From: Tubulanus polymorphus
Taxonomy: Eukaryota; Animalia; Nemertea
Assembly: GCF_964204645.1 (NCBI RefSeq)
Contig: NC_134026.1
Coordinates: 8,641,950 to 8,705,949 of the forward strand
DNA: 64,000 nt
Direction: 5' to 3'
The notes under the pieces were generated by a model, which made no database searches, was not told the DNA's origin, and saw only the letters and a list, made by a program, of their open reading frames with translations. Position 1 is the stretch's first letter; each line of letters opens with the position of its first letter. Of this stretch, positions 63,014 through 64,000 are shown piece by piece. The translations under genes and the position numbers were made by a program.

Positions 63014-64000
63014 GTATTTAGGGATGCATCTTGTGACTGCAAGTGCTACGTTATAGTAATAGTTATCTCTTCAAACGTAGCGCAGCCCTATTATCACCAG
63101 GCGCGGATCCAAGATTTTTTCCAGGCGGGGTTCATAAAGAATGTTAGTGTAAAACCGTCGACTAAAATCTCCGGTAGGGGGCCTATACGGCATATTGTTT
63201 GGCCAAACATAAGATGATATAGTACTGATTATGTAATACTGTTCGCCCACTTTGTCTTGAGTACATTCCTTCAAGAAAACGATTAGACTTTTTTTGGTAG
63301 CTGAGCAGGGGGGATCATGACCCCTAACCCCCCCTCTGGACGTATCGGCCCCACTCCGCGCGGTTCCGCCACCGTGCGGGATTTACGCGAAGCAGCAAAC
63401 ACAAACATGGCCACTCTCTCAATTTTCAATGATAGAAATCGTGTGTGCATTTCAATTATTTCGGCTGTTAGGGTTTTAAGGCACAATATAAGTTGATGAT
63501 GTGATATGGCGATGTTAATTAATGATAATTCCGCAGTGAAGCTAGTCACGAACGGTGCCGATTGAGTGTACAGCTGCCAATAACACTGAAATGAGCGTAG
63601 TTGCGTAACTATTTGCAGTGAATTGCAGACGAAACATGAAGCCTTAACGGCCGTTAAAAAAAAATTATACCAATCGCAATTGTAAAATAAAAATGAGATA
63701 GAACCTAAGTTAAAATTCTGGCCATTTCTAAAATGTTATCACTAATTTTTAGTCAGTGCCGAACGTTTAGTTTTCCAACAATAATGAGGGGTCGTAGGTA
63801 GTCATGCGAGTCATCATTTATTACACGTTACTTCCGTGTTGTTGAAAATCTCGCGAGTCCTGGACCAAACCCCATTGAACAATGTGATCTGTGTGCTGGC
63901 CACAAATGCACACATATCACACTACACTACCCATTACAAACTCCAGTACCCACAGCTTTCATATACCCATCAAAATATTTAGAGTGTCTTTCTTCCTGGA

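Overview
AT-rich, intron-containing animal DNA, probably from a marine invertebrate (spiralian-like; this is an inference). All host genes lie on the + strand. In order: the last three exons of Integrator subunit 2 (INTS2); a decayed single-exon class A GPCR lacking TM6; a 3-exon, 370-aa divergent opsin whose first intron holds a nearly intact Crypton-type tyrosine-recombinase transposon on the - strand; a second, intact single-exon GPCR; an 11-exon flotillin-1 with one GC-AG intron; a ~7 kb tandem duplication carrying two 8-exon secreted astacin-ShKT metalloproteases, where copy B has a CGA>TGA stop just before an otherwise intact ShKT domain; and a single-exon LRR-Ig-TM receptor. Introns and intergenic DNA hold many MITEs, L2/CR1 LINE ends, tRNA-derived SINEs and a Penelope-type minimal hammerhead relic. 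The strongest candidate for novelty is the opsin. It keeps the retinal lysine and has acidic residues at both 113 and 181, but several activation micro-switches are altered together (NPxxY>HPxxF, Y5.58F, E6.30A, DRY>DRC). Exon models were read by eye from splice signals and recalled family motifs; no database search was run.
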